In this document: positions 9,857 to 17,921 of the stretch, piece by piece | How the letters are laid out: each line of letters opens with the position of its first letter | Numbering within the stretch: position 1 is the first letter of the stretch | DNA from: Thermoplasmata archaeon | GTDB taxonomy: Archaea; Thermoplasmatota; DTKX01; DATEUP01 | DNA: 64,000 nt | Assembly: GCA_041499475.1 (NCBI GenBank) | Contig: JBGQKI010000008.1 | Coordinates: 1,978 to 65,977 of the forward strand | Direction: 5' to 3' | Notes under the pieces: generated by a model | The model's database searches: none | Told to the model about the DNA's origin: nothing | The model's input: only the letters and a program-made list of their open reading frames with translations | Made by a program: the position numbers and the translations under genes

Positions 9857-11689
9857 GTGTTCCCACAGGTGACGGTGGACTCCTCGGGAAACGCCCTCGC
9901 CGTGTGGCTCCAGGATGACGGGGTGCACACGAACATTTGGGCGAACCGGTACCTGGTCGGGAACGGATGGGGGACCCCCAACGTGCTCGAAACAACCGCC
10001 TTTGATGCAGGTCTGCCCGATGTCGCCGGCGAGGCAAACGGCAACGCGATGGCCGTTTGGGGCCAGACGGACGGCACGCGCTACAACATCTGGGCAAACC
10101 GTTTCGTCGTCGGGACGGGCTGGGGCACGGCCACCCTCATCGAGACGGTCAACACCGCCGATGCCTTGCAGCCGCGTGTGGCCGTGGAGCCACGCGGAAA
10201 CGCCGTCGCGGTTTGGGACATGTCGGACGGGACGCGGTCGAACATATGGGCGAATTACTACACGGCGGGCACCGGCTGGGGGACGGCCGCCCTGATCGAG
10301 GCGGACAACTCGACCTACGCCCGGTCTCCGCAGGTCGCCGTCAGCCCAAAGGGGGACGCGATTGCCCTTTGGTTCCAAGGCGCTGGCGTTGGCAGCACCA
10401 TCCTCTACAACGAATACGTGGCGGATGTCGGGTGGGGCGCCGGCGGCGTTACGGTGGCCGACAGGCCTCAAAGTGTGGGGGATGTAGCGCTGGCGCAGAA
10501 CAACGGTGCCGACGCGACGTGTGTGTGGAGTGAGTGGGGAGGCGGGCGTTTCGACACATGGTCGAGCCACTTCTCGCGCGGCAGCTGGGAGAGAGCCGAG
10601 CTTATCGAGGCCGACAACGCCGGTTCGGTGAGCAACCCCCATGTCGCGATGGACGCGAGCGGGAATGCGTTCGCAGTCTGGCAACAAGGCGACGGCACCC
10701 GGGACAATATCCTTGCAAACCGGTACGTGGCAGGCGCTGGCTGGGGTCGTGCCGGCCTCATCGAGACGGATGGAGTCTTTGCCGCCAGTCCGCAAGTGGC
10801 GATGAACGCCAAGGGGGACGCAATGGCCGCCTATTTCCAAAATGATGGTTTCCGCGAGAACGTTTGGGCGAACCGTTTCGCCGCGCCGGACACAGTGGCT
10901 CCGAGCCTCTCCTTGTCCTTGCCCCTTGACGGCGCGTCGACCAACGTTTCGTCTACATGGGTCGCAGGGTTGACGGAGCCGGGCGCAGCCGTCTCGGTGG
11001 ACGGGTACGCGGCGGCGGTGGCACCCAGCGGGGCGTTTGGGCTCTTGATCCCGCTGCAACGGGGCGCGAACATCGTTACGGTAACCGCCACGGACGCCTC
11101 GGGCAACAGCATCATGGGGTCAGTCACGATCACCTTCACCGACCCGCTCCCAGGCGTTCAGCAACAGCTTGCCATTGCCCAATCGGCGCTTTCGGCGGCG
11201 CAAACGCAAGCGAGTGCCCTCGCCGCGCAAGTCAACGCATTGGGGTCCGAATTGACCGTCGCGCAGACGAACCTCACGGCGGCGCAGGACCGCCTCGACA
11301 CCCTAGCAGCCAACGCGAGCACCACGCAGGCCGAACTCACGACCGCCCGCGGGGACCTCGGGGCGGCGCAGGCGCGCGTGACCGCCCTCGAGACGAGCAT
11401 GACCGCGACGCGGAGCCAACTCGCAGAGGCACAATCGCAACTCACGGCAGCCCGCGCCGACATCAATGCGACGAAGGCGCAGCCGCCCTCGACGGGTGGC
11501 GCAGGGACGGCGACCGACGCGCAGGTCGCTTCGGCGCAAACCACCGGCCTGCTCGGGGTCCTCCTAGGGGTCATTGGGATTGCGGTCGGCGTGGCGGGAA
11601 TGATGATGGGGAGGCGGTCGATGGCGTCAAAGACGGCGCCCGCCTTGAGCGAGGCGCCGCCACCTCCGGCGAAGGAGCCGCCGAAGTAA
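9857..11689 (+). CDS. cell-surface protein: 7 tandem ~46-aa repeats (putative beta-propeller) + coiled coil + C-terminal TM anchor; N-terminal signal peptide lies in another frame (9627..~9810)
   Basis: ORF begins at GTG. Repeat unit ...V(A/T)VDxxGNAxAVWxQxDGxxxNIWANRYxxGxGWGxAxLIE... occurs 7 times. Then Q/A/T-rich heptad coiled coil, then GLLGVLLGVIGIAVGVAGMMMG TM and a basic tail. Frame-0 ORF 9627..9872 encodes a classic signal peptide (FRSAAAIGILGALLTGALPVQAAVKAAG). Confidence 0.75.
   Translation: MFPQVTVDSSGNALAVWLQDDGVHTNIWANRYLVGNGWGTPNVLETTAFDAGLPDVAGEANGNAMAVWGQTDGTRYNIWANRFVVGTGWGTATLIETVNTADALQPRVAVEPRGNAVAVWDMSDGTRSNIWANYYTAGTGWGTAALIEADNSTYARSPQVAVSPKGDAIALWFQGAGVGSTILYNEYVADVGWGAGGVTVADRPQSVGDVALAQNNGADATCVWSEWGGGRFDTWSSHFSRGSWERAELIEADNAGSVSNPHVAMDASGNAFAVWQQGDGTRDNILANRYVAGAGWGRAGLIETDGVFAASPQVAMNAKGDAMAAYFQNDGFRENVWANRFAAPDTVAPSLSLSLPLDGASTNVSSTWVAGLTEPGAAVSVDGYAAAVAPSGAFGLLIPLQRGANIVTVTATDASGNSIMGSVTITFTDPLPGVQQQLAIAQSALSAAQTQASALAAQVNALGSELTVAQTNLTAAQDRLDTLAANASTTQAELTTARGDLGAAQARVTALETSMTATRSQLAEAQSQLTAARADINATKAQPPSTGGAGTATDAQVASAQTTGLLGVLLGVIGIAVGVAGMMMGRRSMASKTAPALSEAPPPPAKEPPK
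9866..10890 (+). repeat. 7x tandem in-frame ~138-bp (46-aa) coding repeat inside the surface protein gene
   Basis: Repeated peptide signature NIWANR(Y/F)xxGxGWGxAxLIE ... PQVA(V/M) ... GNA(M/V/F)AVW, seen directly in the translation. Confidence 0.7.
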
Positions 11690-11725
11690 GGCCACGGGCG
11701 GACTGGCGCTGACTGGGCGCCGCCC

Positions 11726-11983
11726 TCAATGGCCGTAGACATTCCTTCGATGCCCTATGGCAACCACGAAGATCGTTCGTTCGGAGAGCGTCACATCCGC
11801 AATGATGCGCCAGTCGCCTACCCTGAGCTTGTAGCCTCGCGTTCCCTTCAGCGGTTCGAAGAAACGAAGCGGGTCGCCGCGAGATTTCTGCACCCGCATC
11901 AGGATACGCATTTGCACCGTCGCGTCCAAACCCGCGAGGTCGCGCCGAGCCCGGCGCGACCACTCGACCGAAAACTCGCTCAA
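11726..11983 (-). CDS. type II toxin, RelE/ParE family
   Basis: 85 aa. C-terminal motif YKLRVGDWRIIADV...RTIFVVAIGHRRNVY typical of RelE/ParE. ATGA start/stop overlap with the upstream antitoxin gene. Confidence 0.85.
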   Translation of the reverse strand: MSEFSVEWSRRARRDLAGLDATVQMRILMRVQKSRGDPLRFFEPLKGTRGYKLRVGDWRIIADVTLSERTIFVVAIGHRRNVYGH

Positions 11984-12216
11984 AGCCCGAGTTCCTTGAT
12001 GAGCTCAGCGGTGGTGTACACGCGCCCGGCTTTCACGTCGCGCCGCCCTTCGGCCACCTTGGCGGCGAAGGCTGGCGTGAATTCTAGGTCGTCCTCCTCC
12101 AGGATGTCCAGGGCGCGGTTGATCACGTCCTCGTAGGGTTGCCGGGGGTGGCTCTTGTGGCGCGCGATGCGCTTGCGCGTCGCATCGGAAAGCTGGATGG
12201 TCGTTATCTTATGCAT
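11980..12216 (-). CDS. antitoxin (ribbon-helix-helix/CopG-like N-terminus) partner of RelE
   Basis: 79 aa from internal Met 12216 (MHKITTIQLSDATRKRI..., RHH-like beta strand + helices). Stop overlaps the toxin start. TATA-like TTATCTAT 25-33 nt upstream on the minus strand. Confidence 0.7.
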   Translation of the reverse strand: MHKITTIQLSDATRKRIARHKSHPRQPYEDVINRALDILEEDDLEFTPAFAAKVAEGRRDVKAGRVYTTAELIKELGL

Positions 12217-12306
12217 ATGTGGCAGACTATAGTGTACCATAGATAAGAATTCTACGCTCAAGGCAACTGCCGATGCCGGGCGGTGGGCCATTTTGGCGGG
12301 GCCTCG

Positions 12307-12597
12307 TCACTTGCTCGCGACAATCTTGATCACCTCGCCGGCCACAAGCTTGTGGTCGGCGCTCACGAAGCGGCGGTGCCGCGCGTCGATCGTGCGGATG
12401 AAGCGGTTGCCAAGGTCGGTGTGCACCTTGAACGCGAGGTCGCGCGCGGTCGACCCTTCGGTGACGAGGTGCGCGTGGGGGAGGACGCGCCCGTCCTGGT
12501 CGGTCCAGATCCCTTCGTCCTCGAATGGGCGGGTCACTTTTTCCGGTATCCGCTTTGGCGGCTGTACACTTCGTGACTCCACAGGTAGAGCACCCAA
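12307..12597 (-). pseudogene. displaced 3'-end fragment (TGS domain) of the Ygr210-like GTPase gene, copy 1
   Basis: 12306..12487 is ~93% identical at DNA level to 16543..16722 (the 3' end of the intact GTPase gene 16543..17763). The 96-aa ORF matches the GTPase C-terminus (...LPHAHLVTEGSTARDLAFKVHTDLGN.FIR.IDARHRR.VSADHKLVAG.VIKIVASK). The 5' part is diverged and lacks the G domain. Confidence 0.8.
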
Positions 12598-12914
12598 ACG
12601 CGCACGCCCCCGAGCTCCCCGACGAGGGAGTAGTAGCCCCGCCAGCGATCGGCGAGCTCAAAACGAAAGAGATTGGGGATGTCGGGAGCGTAGTCGCGCT
12701 TCAGGTCGGTTGGCCACCTGTCCCGCGCGACGGGGTCGCCCGCCGTGAGTGGGTTGGACCTTGCACGGAACTCAAATGTCTGTAGGCTTTTCAGCCTGGC
12801 CGCGGCCGTTTGCTTGTCCGTTTGTCGCGTGCTACGCCCATCGCGCAGCCACGAGTCCCGAACGGCCTGCGCCGGGGGCGCATAGCTTAACCCGAGGAGT
12901 CTGGGTTTGGGCAT
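12534..12914 (-). CDS. putative ParE/RelE-superfamily toxin-like protein
   Basis: 126 aa. C-terminal NLFRFELADRWRGYYSLVGELGGVRVWVLYLWSHEVY aligns by eye with the ParE core (NLYRLRVGDYRIIY...LVLRIGHRKDVY). Immediately downstream (9 nt) of a small wH protein gene. Confidence 0.45.
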   Translation of the reverse strand: MPKPRLLGLSYAPPAQAVRDSWLRDGRSTRQTDKQTAAARLKSLQTFEFRARSNPLTAGDPVARDRWPTDLKRDYAPDIPNLFRFELADRWRGYYSLVGELGGVRVWVLYLWSHEVYSRQSGYRKK

Positions 12915-12923
12915 GCCGCGGTC

Positions 12924-13184
12924 CTATGCCGCGCGGAGCTTTCGTACGGTGGCGGCCCCCGCGCGAATCCAAAGCACTTTGCCGCCTGGCCCCTCGTCGT
13001 AAACCATCTCGTGTTCGGCCATGTAGTCGAGAGCCTCGTCAAGGAGGGGCGCCGCGACCCGGTTGCCGAGGTCCTTGCGGATCTGATAGCGGCTGAGCGG
13101 GACCGCCGCCTTCCGAAGCACGTCCTCGACGGCGCGCAGGGTGGCCGTGGTCGGCCCACGCGTTACCAGCTGGCTTGTCGACAT
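12924..13184 (-). CDS. small winged-helix-like protein, candidate antitoxin/regulator
   Basis: 86 aa. Strong archaeal promoter: TATATTAA (plus 13208..13215, minus-strand TATA) ~25-30 nt upstream of ATG 13184 inside a locally AT-rich patch. Gene order is that of a TA pair. Confidence 0.5.
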   Translation of the reverse strand: MSTSQLVTRGPTTATLRAVEDVLRKAAVPLSRYQIRKDLGNRVAAPLLDEALDYMAEHEMVYDEGPGGKVLWIRAGAATVRKLRAA

Positions 13185-13207
13185 CGACCCTTACTCACGG
13201 GGCTAAG

Positions 13208-13215
13208 TATATTAA
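13208..13215 (-). promoter_or_regulatory. archaeal TATA box for the 12924..13184 gene (leaderless mRNA)
   Basis: AT-rich island aagtatattaattcattcattaacgaattcg in a 70% GC background. Spacing to the ATG is consistent with TATA at about -27. Confidence 0.5.
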
Positions 13216-13246
13216 TTCATTCATTAACGAATTCGTGTATGCCACG

Positions 13247-13352
13247 CCTCACTTGCTCGCGACGATCTTGGTGAGATCGCCGGCCACAAGTTTGTGGTCG
13301 GCGTTCACGACGCGCCGGTGCCGCGCGTCGATCGCGCGGATGAAGTGGTTCC
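13247..13352 (-). repeat. second displaced copy (copy 2) of the GTPase gene 3' end (~105 bp, no intact ORF)
   Basis: ctcacttgctcgcgacgatcttgg...gatgaagtggtt is near-identical to 16542..16648; similarity decays after ~13352. Confidence 0.8.
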
Positions 13353-13418
13353 CCAGCTCGGGGTGGACCTCGATTTCGCACGCCGTGGGGCGCCATCGCG
13401 GTCGCCTCACCTCGTTCG

Positions 13419-16217
13419 CTAGGGCCCCAGGGGCCGCCCTAGCCGCGGGCTAAGGGAGGCATCAAGTGCGCTCTGGCGTCGTTGGAGGGCCGCCTCCCCT
13501 TCGAGGCCCTCTGGCCAAGCCCCCCCGGAACCGTGGGCACGGCGGCCGTGGTCAAGTGCGGCCTTCACCATGCGAAGCTCGAAGGGCCGCCAACCGACCT
13601 CTTTCCACCCCTGCGAAGAAGCCCCGTACAACAACGCCGCTGCCGCGGGGTCGGATTTCGCGAGTAGGTGGCCGCGCCCCATCGAGGAAAATGCCTCCAC
13701 GACGGGCCCGTCAAGGAATGTGCAAATGTGTTCCAACGACTCGAACCAACCCACGGCGGCGGCCTGGTTGCCGCGCTTCGCGTCGAGTTCGATGAGGCGC
13801 TCCACGGTCACGGCGTCGCCACCCATATCGCAGGGTCTTGACGTCTTCACCGAGAAGCCGTGGGCGGTCTCGAGGAGGGGCAGGGCTTCCTCTTCGCGCC
13901 CCTGAGCTTCGAGGGCGTTGGCAAGCGCGCGAAGAGGGGCGGTACCTGCCCACGACCAATCGAATTCTTCAGCAAGACGAACCAGGTCGCGGGCAATCCG
14001 TTCCCCGGCAACCGGGTCTCCGCCGTCCGTTTCCGCGAGGGAGATAAAGTACAGCGGGTACAGCTGGTAGGAAACGAGGCGGTCGCCGCTTGCCATCGCA
14101 GTGTATGCCGTTTCGAGGGAGTCCGCATAATCCCCGGCGCGCCACTGCACCTTGGCGACCGAAACCAAGTTCCAATTAACCAGGGCGCGGTTCTGAATCG
14201 ACTTGCCGAGGCTCAAGCCCTCGTTTGCGTGCGCGAGGGCCCGCTTCAGGTCTCCGCTGAAATGCACGTAGTGCCACGCGGCGATCGCGTGGGCAAAGGA
14301 GAGGAGCGCCAGGTCGCCGGCGCGCGATGCGAGTTCGAGGCAATGGGCCATGTGCTCGTGGGCCTCCGGAGGGGGTGTAATATGGGAAAGGACAAGTTCC
14401 ACGCGGGCTTGGAGGTTCACGTCCCCGAGCTCGATGGCAAGGGGCGCAGCTCGCCTTGCCCACTCTCCTGCAACGGATGGCGAACCGAACGCGTCCAGCC
14501 ACTTGGCGCGGGTTAGGAAGAGGCGCGCCAGTTGCGCCGGGGGCAGCGGGGGTTCCTTTGCGGCGAGTTGGTCCGCCTCACGCAGGTAATCCGAGGACGC
14601 CTCTGCGTGGGCCGCTTCGACATGGATATCGGCAAGTTGGATGAGGACAGGGGCCACCGCGCCGCGCCCCGCTCCCGAGCGCCGCGCAATCTGCAAGGCC
14701 TCCCGCCCCCGCGCGATCGCGGCGCCGTACTGCATGAGGTCGAAGTGCGCGTCGGCGAGCCCGACCAGGATCGACCCTCGGCCCGCCTCGTCCGTTGCAA
14801 GGTCGAGGGCGCTTTCGAGGAGGTCAATCCGGTACTCGGCGTCGTGGTCCTTGGCGGCCCGGCCCGCCTCGTCGAGCAGGGCTGCGAGCACCGAGGCGCT
14901 CTGGCGCCGGCCTTCCTCCTGCGGGAGCGTCCGGCGGACGAAGTCACGCACCGCGTCGTGCATCGAGACGCGGCCGCGGTCGTCGCGGCGCAACAGCGAC
15001 CGGTTTTCGAGGTCGATGAGGTCCTTCAGCGTTGCGGGCGGGGAAAGGACCACCCGGGGGTCCACCGGACGCCGGACAAAAACGACGCGGGGGAGGAGCG
15101 CGAGTTCTCCGGGCGAGAGCTTGGAGAAGATTTCGTCGTGGAGGAACCGGTCAATGTGCCGAGGGTCGGTGCGGCCTCCGGCCGCTGCACGCTCGGAGTC
15201 GCGCACGAGTTCGACGAAGAGCGGGTGGCCGGCCGTCATTTCATAGACGGAGTCCGTGCTGCCTTCGCGCTTGGCCACCTGCAGGAGGGCCGTTACACCG
15301 TCCCGGTCGAGGCCGGTGAGGTCGAATTCCGCGACCTGCCGTCGGAGCGCGACTTCGCGCGCGTCGTAGACGGGGGGCCGCACGCGCGAAAGCAGGATCA
15401 GCTTGAAGGCGTCCGGCTGCTCGCAGGCCGCCTCGCGCAGCACCCGGACGGCCATCAGCGCCTCGGGGCCGGCCGCCTGGACGTCGTCGACGAAGGCGGC
15501 CAACCGGAGTCCCTTCACGTCTTGGATGACCACTTCACGCGCCCGGGCAAGGTCCACGGGCCCTTCGCGCTTGAGCAGCAGCTGTAGGCGCGGCCGCCCG
15601 AGGGCTGCAAGCAGGCTCGCGGGGGGCTCAAGGATGGCGGTCGCGTTGTCGTACTCGCGTACCCCGTGCCAAACGACCGAACGTTCCCGCGACACCTCCT
15701 CAAACAGCCGCGCGCCGAACGTCGACTTTCCAATTCCGGCAATACCGACGACTACCACGACGGCGCGATCCTCGAGCGCCTCCCGCGCCGAGGCGAGTTC
15801 CTTCGTGCGTCCGAAAAAATATCGTGGTCGGGGCAGGCCCCGGTCCAGTCGGACGGCGCCCCCTGGTGCGGGCGACGCCGGCGGAGCGCTGCCAACGGCG
15901 GCCTTGGCGGCGTCCGGCCCAAGTTCGGCGGCCAAATGGGTCGCCGCCTGCAGGCCCGAGGGCAAAAGGAAGTACGCCTTCTGGTGGCGCTTTGCCCCTT
16001 CGACGGCCGAATCGCGTTCCTCAACAAGGCCGTCTCCGGAGAGCTTCTGCATTTCGCGCGAAATGTGGCCGGTGCGCACGCCAAGGACGGCGGCGATCCC
16101 CGTCTGGGTGAACTCTTTGGGAACCGCATATCGCTCGTGAGACGGGGGCTGATTCGCCAGGTGGAGCAGGATCCGCTCGCGCAAGGTAACGGAGGGCGGG
16201 GAGGAGGGCGCAGTCAA
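13419..16217 (-). CDS. STAND NTPase: N-terminal wHTH + NB-ARC/AAA ATPase + C-terminal TPR-like helical repeats
   Basis: 932 aa. N-terminal wHTH (FTQTGIAAVLGVRTGHISREMQKLSGDGLVEE). Walker A VVVGIAGIGKSTF. Walker B LAAFVDDVQ. Long Ala/Leu-rich helical repeat C-terminus typical of TPR sensor arms. Confidence 0.85.
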   Translation of the reverse strand: MTAPSSPPSVTLRERILLHLANQPPSHERYAVPKEFTQTGIAAVLGVRTGHISREMQKLSGDGLVEERDSAVEGAKRHQKAYFLLPSGLQAATHLAAELGPDAAKAAVGSAPPASPAPGGAVRLDRGLPRPRYFFGRTKELASAREALEDRAVVVVVGIAGIGKSTFGARLFEEVSRERSVVWHGVREYDNATAILEPPASLLAALGRPRLQLLLKREGPVDLARAREVVIQDVKGLRLAAFVDDVQAAGPEALMAVRVLREAACEQPDAFKLILLSRVRPPVYDAREVALRRQVAEFDLTGLDRDGVTALLQVAKREGSTDSVYEMTAGHPLFVELVRDSERAAAGGRTDPRHIDRFLHDEIFSKLSPGELALLPRVVFVRRPVDPRVVLSPPATLKDLIDLENRSLLRRDDRGRVSMHDAVRDFVRRTLPQEEGRRQSASVLAALLDEAGRAAKDHDAEYRIDLLESALDLATDEAGRGSILVGLADAHFDLMQYGAAIARGREALQIARRSGAGRGAVAPVLIQLADIHVEAAHAEASSDYLREADQLAAKEPPLPPAQLARLFLTRAKWLDAFGSPSVAGEWARRAAPLAIELGDVNLQARVELVLSHITPPPEAHEHMAHCLELASRAGDLALLSFAHAIAAWHYVHFSGDLKRALAHANEGLSLGKSIQNRALVNWNLVSVAKVQWRAGDYADSLETAYTAMASGDRLVSYQLYPLYFISLAETDGGDPVAGERIARDLVRLAEEFDWSWAGTAPLRALANALEAQGREEEALPLLETAHGFSVKTSRPCDMGGDAVTVERLIELDAKRGNQAAAVGWFESLEHICTFLDGPVVEAFSSMGRGHLLAKSDPAAAALLYGASSQGWKEVGWRPFELRMVKAALDHGRRAHGSGGAWPEGLEGEAALQRRQSALDASLSPRLGRPLGP

Positions 16218-16542
16218 CGCCAGGGGAGCCGCGCGCAGGACTCATAAGGCTTGCTCCGCGGGGAGAAAGGAGGGTGGAATCCTGGAATCGTCGCGGATTC
16301 CTCCGCACGAGGATCATACCCTCCCCCGGCTAAGGTGGGGATGCCAAGAGGCGAGAAAAATGGGGGTACGAACAATCAAGCTGTTGAGCGTGTTGACCGC
16401 AGTCGTTCGAACGTTTGGGAGCAACGGCGCGAAGCCGGATGCGCGGACGCGCGGGTACAACGCCCGGCAGACGATGGGGTCGCAGGTGCCCTCGTACGGG
16501 ATTTCGTCCACCCTTCCCCCGATGCGGTGAAAGGGCGGCGGC

Positions 16543-17763
16543 TCACTTGCTCGCGACGATCTTGATCACATCGCCGGCCACAAGCTTGTGGTCGGCGCTC
16601 ACGACGCGCCGGTGCCGCGCGTCGATCGCGCGGATGAAGTGGTTGCCAAGGTCGGTGTGGACCTTGAACGCGAGGTCGCGCGCGGTCGACCCTTCGGTGA
16701 CGAGGTGCGCGTGAGGCAGGACGTTGCCGTCCTTGTCGGTCCACTTGCCTTCGTCTTCGACCGGGTAAACGGGGATCAGCTTCAGCCGTTCGAACACGGC
16801 GTGCTCGAGGATACGCTGGACGCCCGTGGTGCCCCACTTCTGCAGGAACTCGCGGATCTTCTCGAGCGCTTTGGCCTGCGCCGGGTTGAGTTTCTCGGGG
16901 TGGGCGACTTCGAAGGTGGCCGCGCCAAGCGCGTATTTGATGATGCCCGCCTTCTCCGCGCGGCGCAGCGCAAGCTCCATCTCGGAGGCGACCGGGAAGA
17001 CTTCCGGCCCGAACTTTTCGCGCATCCAGTCGAGGGTATCCTTGCCGACGAGGTCGCACTTGTTCGCGGCGATGATGATGGGCTTGCCGATCCGCTGGAG
17101 GCAGGCGGCGAGCTTCATGAAGTCAGGCTCCTTCCACAAGGAGGGCTTTGCGGGGAGCGCCGCCTCGCGCAGTGCTGCGATCGTCTGCGTCTTGGTGATG
17201 CCAAGCCCGCCGACCTTTTCGTGGATCGCCTCTTCGAGCTTCTTGCCCTCGAGTTCGATGAGGCGGTGCGTCCGCTCCCACCCTTTGGAAATGATCGAGG
17301 CGAACCAGTGGTGGATTTCCTCCTCGAGGAACGCGACATCTTCGGAGGGGTCGTGACTGCCAACAGGCGCCATGTTGCCGTCGGCGTCGGTTGCGCCGGC
17401 CGCATCGACAACGTGGATTAGCACGGCGGCCTGGCGCAAGTCGTCGAGGAACTGGTTCCCCTGGCCGCGCCCCGTGTGTGCGCCCTTGACTAGCCCCGCC
17501 ACATCGATGAGTTCCACGGGGATGAGGCGTGTGCCGTTGTCGCAGGCCGAGTTCACGGGGTTGCAGGGTTTGCCGATGGCCGTGTGCGGGCATGGCGCGC
17601 GGACGAAGGCCGACCCGCGGTTGGGCTTGATCGTCGTGAAAGGGTAGTTTGCGATCTGGACATTGAGGAGCGTCGCGGCGGCGAAGAAGGTGGACTTGCC
17701 GACGTTGGGTTTGCCGACAACGCCCGCTTCCATCATGGCCTCCACGGTACGTCGCGAGCTCAA
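16543..17763 (-). CDS. Ygr210-like GTPase (Obg/YchF superfamily) with C-terminal TGS domain
   Basis: G1 motif GKPNVGKSTFF. G3 motif DVAGLV. G4 motif NKCD. C-terminal TGS-like domain. The start may be one of the internal MM/M codons (~17733-17736). Its last ~180 bp are the sequence duplicated at 12306 and 13247. Confidence 0.9.
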   Translation of the reverse strand: MSSRRTVEAMMEAGVVGKPNVGKSTFFAAATLLNVQIANYPFTTIKPNRGSAFVRAPCPHTAIGKPCNPVNSACDNGTRLIPVELIDVAGLVKGAHTGRGQGNQFLDDLRQAAVLIHVVDAAGATDADGNMAPVGSHDPSEDVAFLEEEIHHWFASIISKGWERTHRLIELEGKKLEEAIHEKVGGLGITKTQTIAALREAALPAKPSLWKEPDFMKLAACLQRIGKPIIIAANKCDLVGKDTLDWMREKFGPEVFPVASEMELALRRAEKAGIIKYALGAATFEVAHPEKLNPAQAKALEKIREFLQKWGTTGVQRILEHAVFERLKLIPVYPVEDEGKWTDKDGNVLPHAHLVTEGSTARDLAFKVHTDLGNHFIRAIDARHRRVVSADHKLVAGDVIKIVASK

Positions 17764-17921
17764 GAAATAGGCTTCTGCCTTGAGGCGGGGCGATGGACGC
17801 CCTGGCGTTCGGGATCAATTTGCGCCCGCCATGGCTAGGGGTGGTCGCCTATGGTCGCGTCACCCGAAGTCTTGAGGACAGCGTCGCAACTCTAGGGCGG
17901 ATCCCCCCGCCGACACTCCGC

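Noticed and set aside
16218-16542. Possible tRNA or integration target between the STAND gene and the GTPase gene
   Set aside because: No cloverleaf could be built; the repeated element is the protein-coding 3' end of the GTPase gene, not a tRNA.
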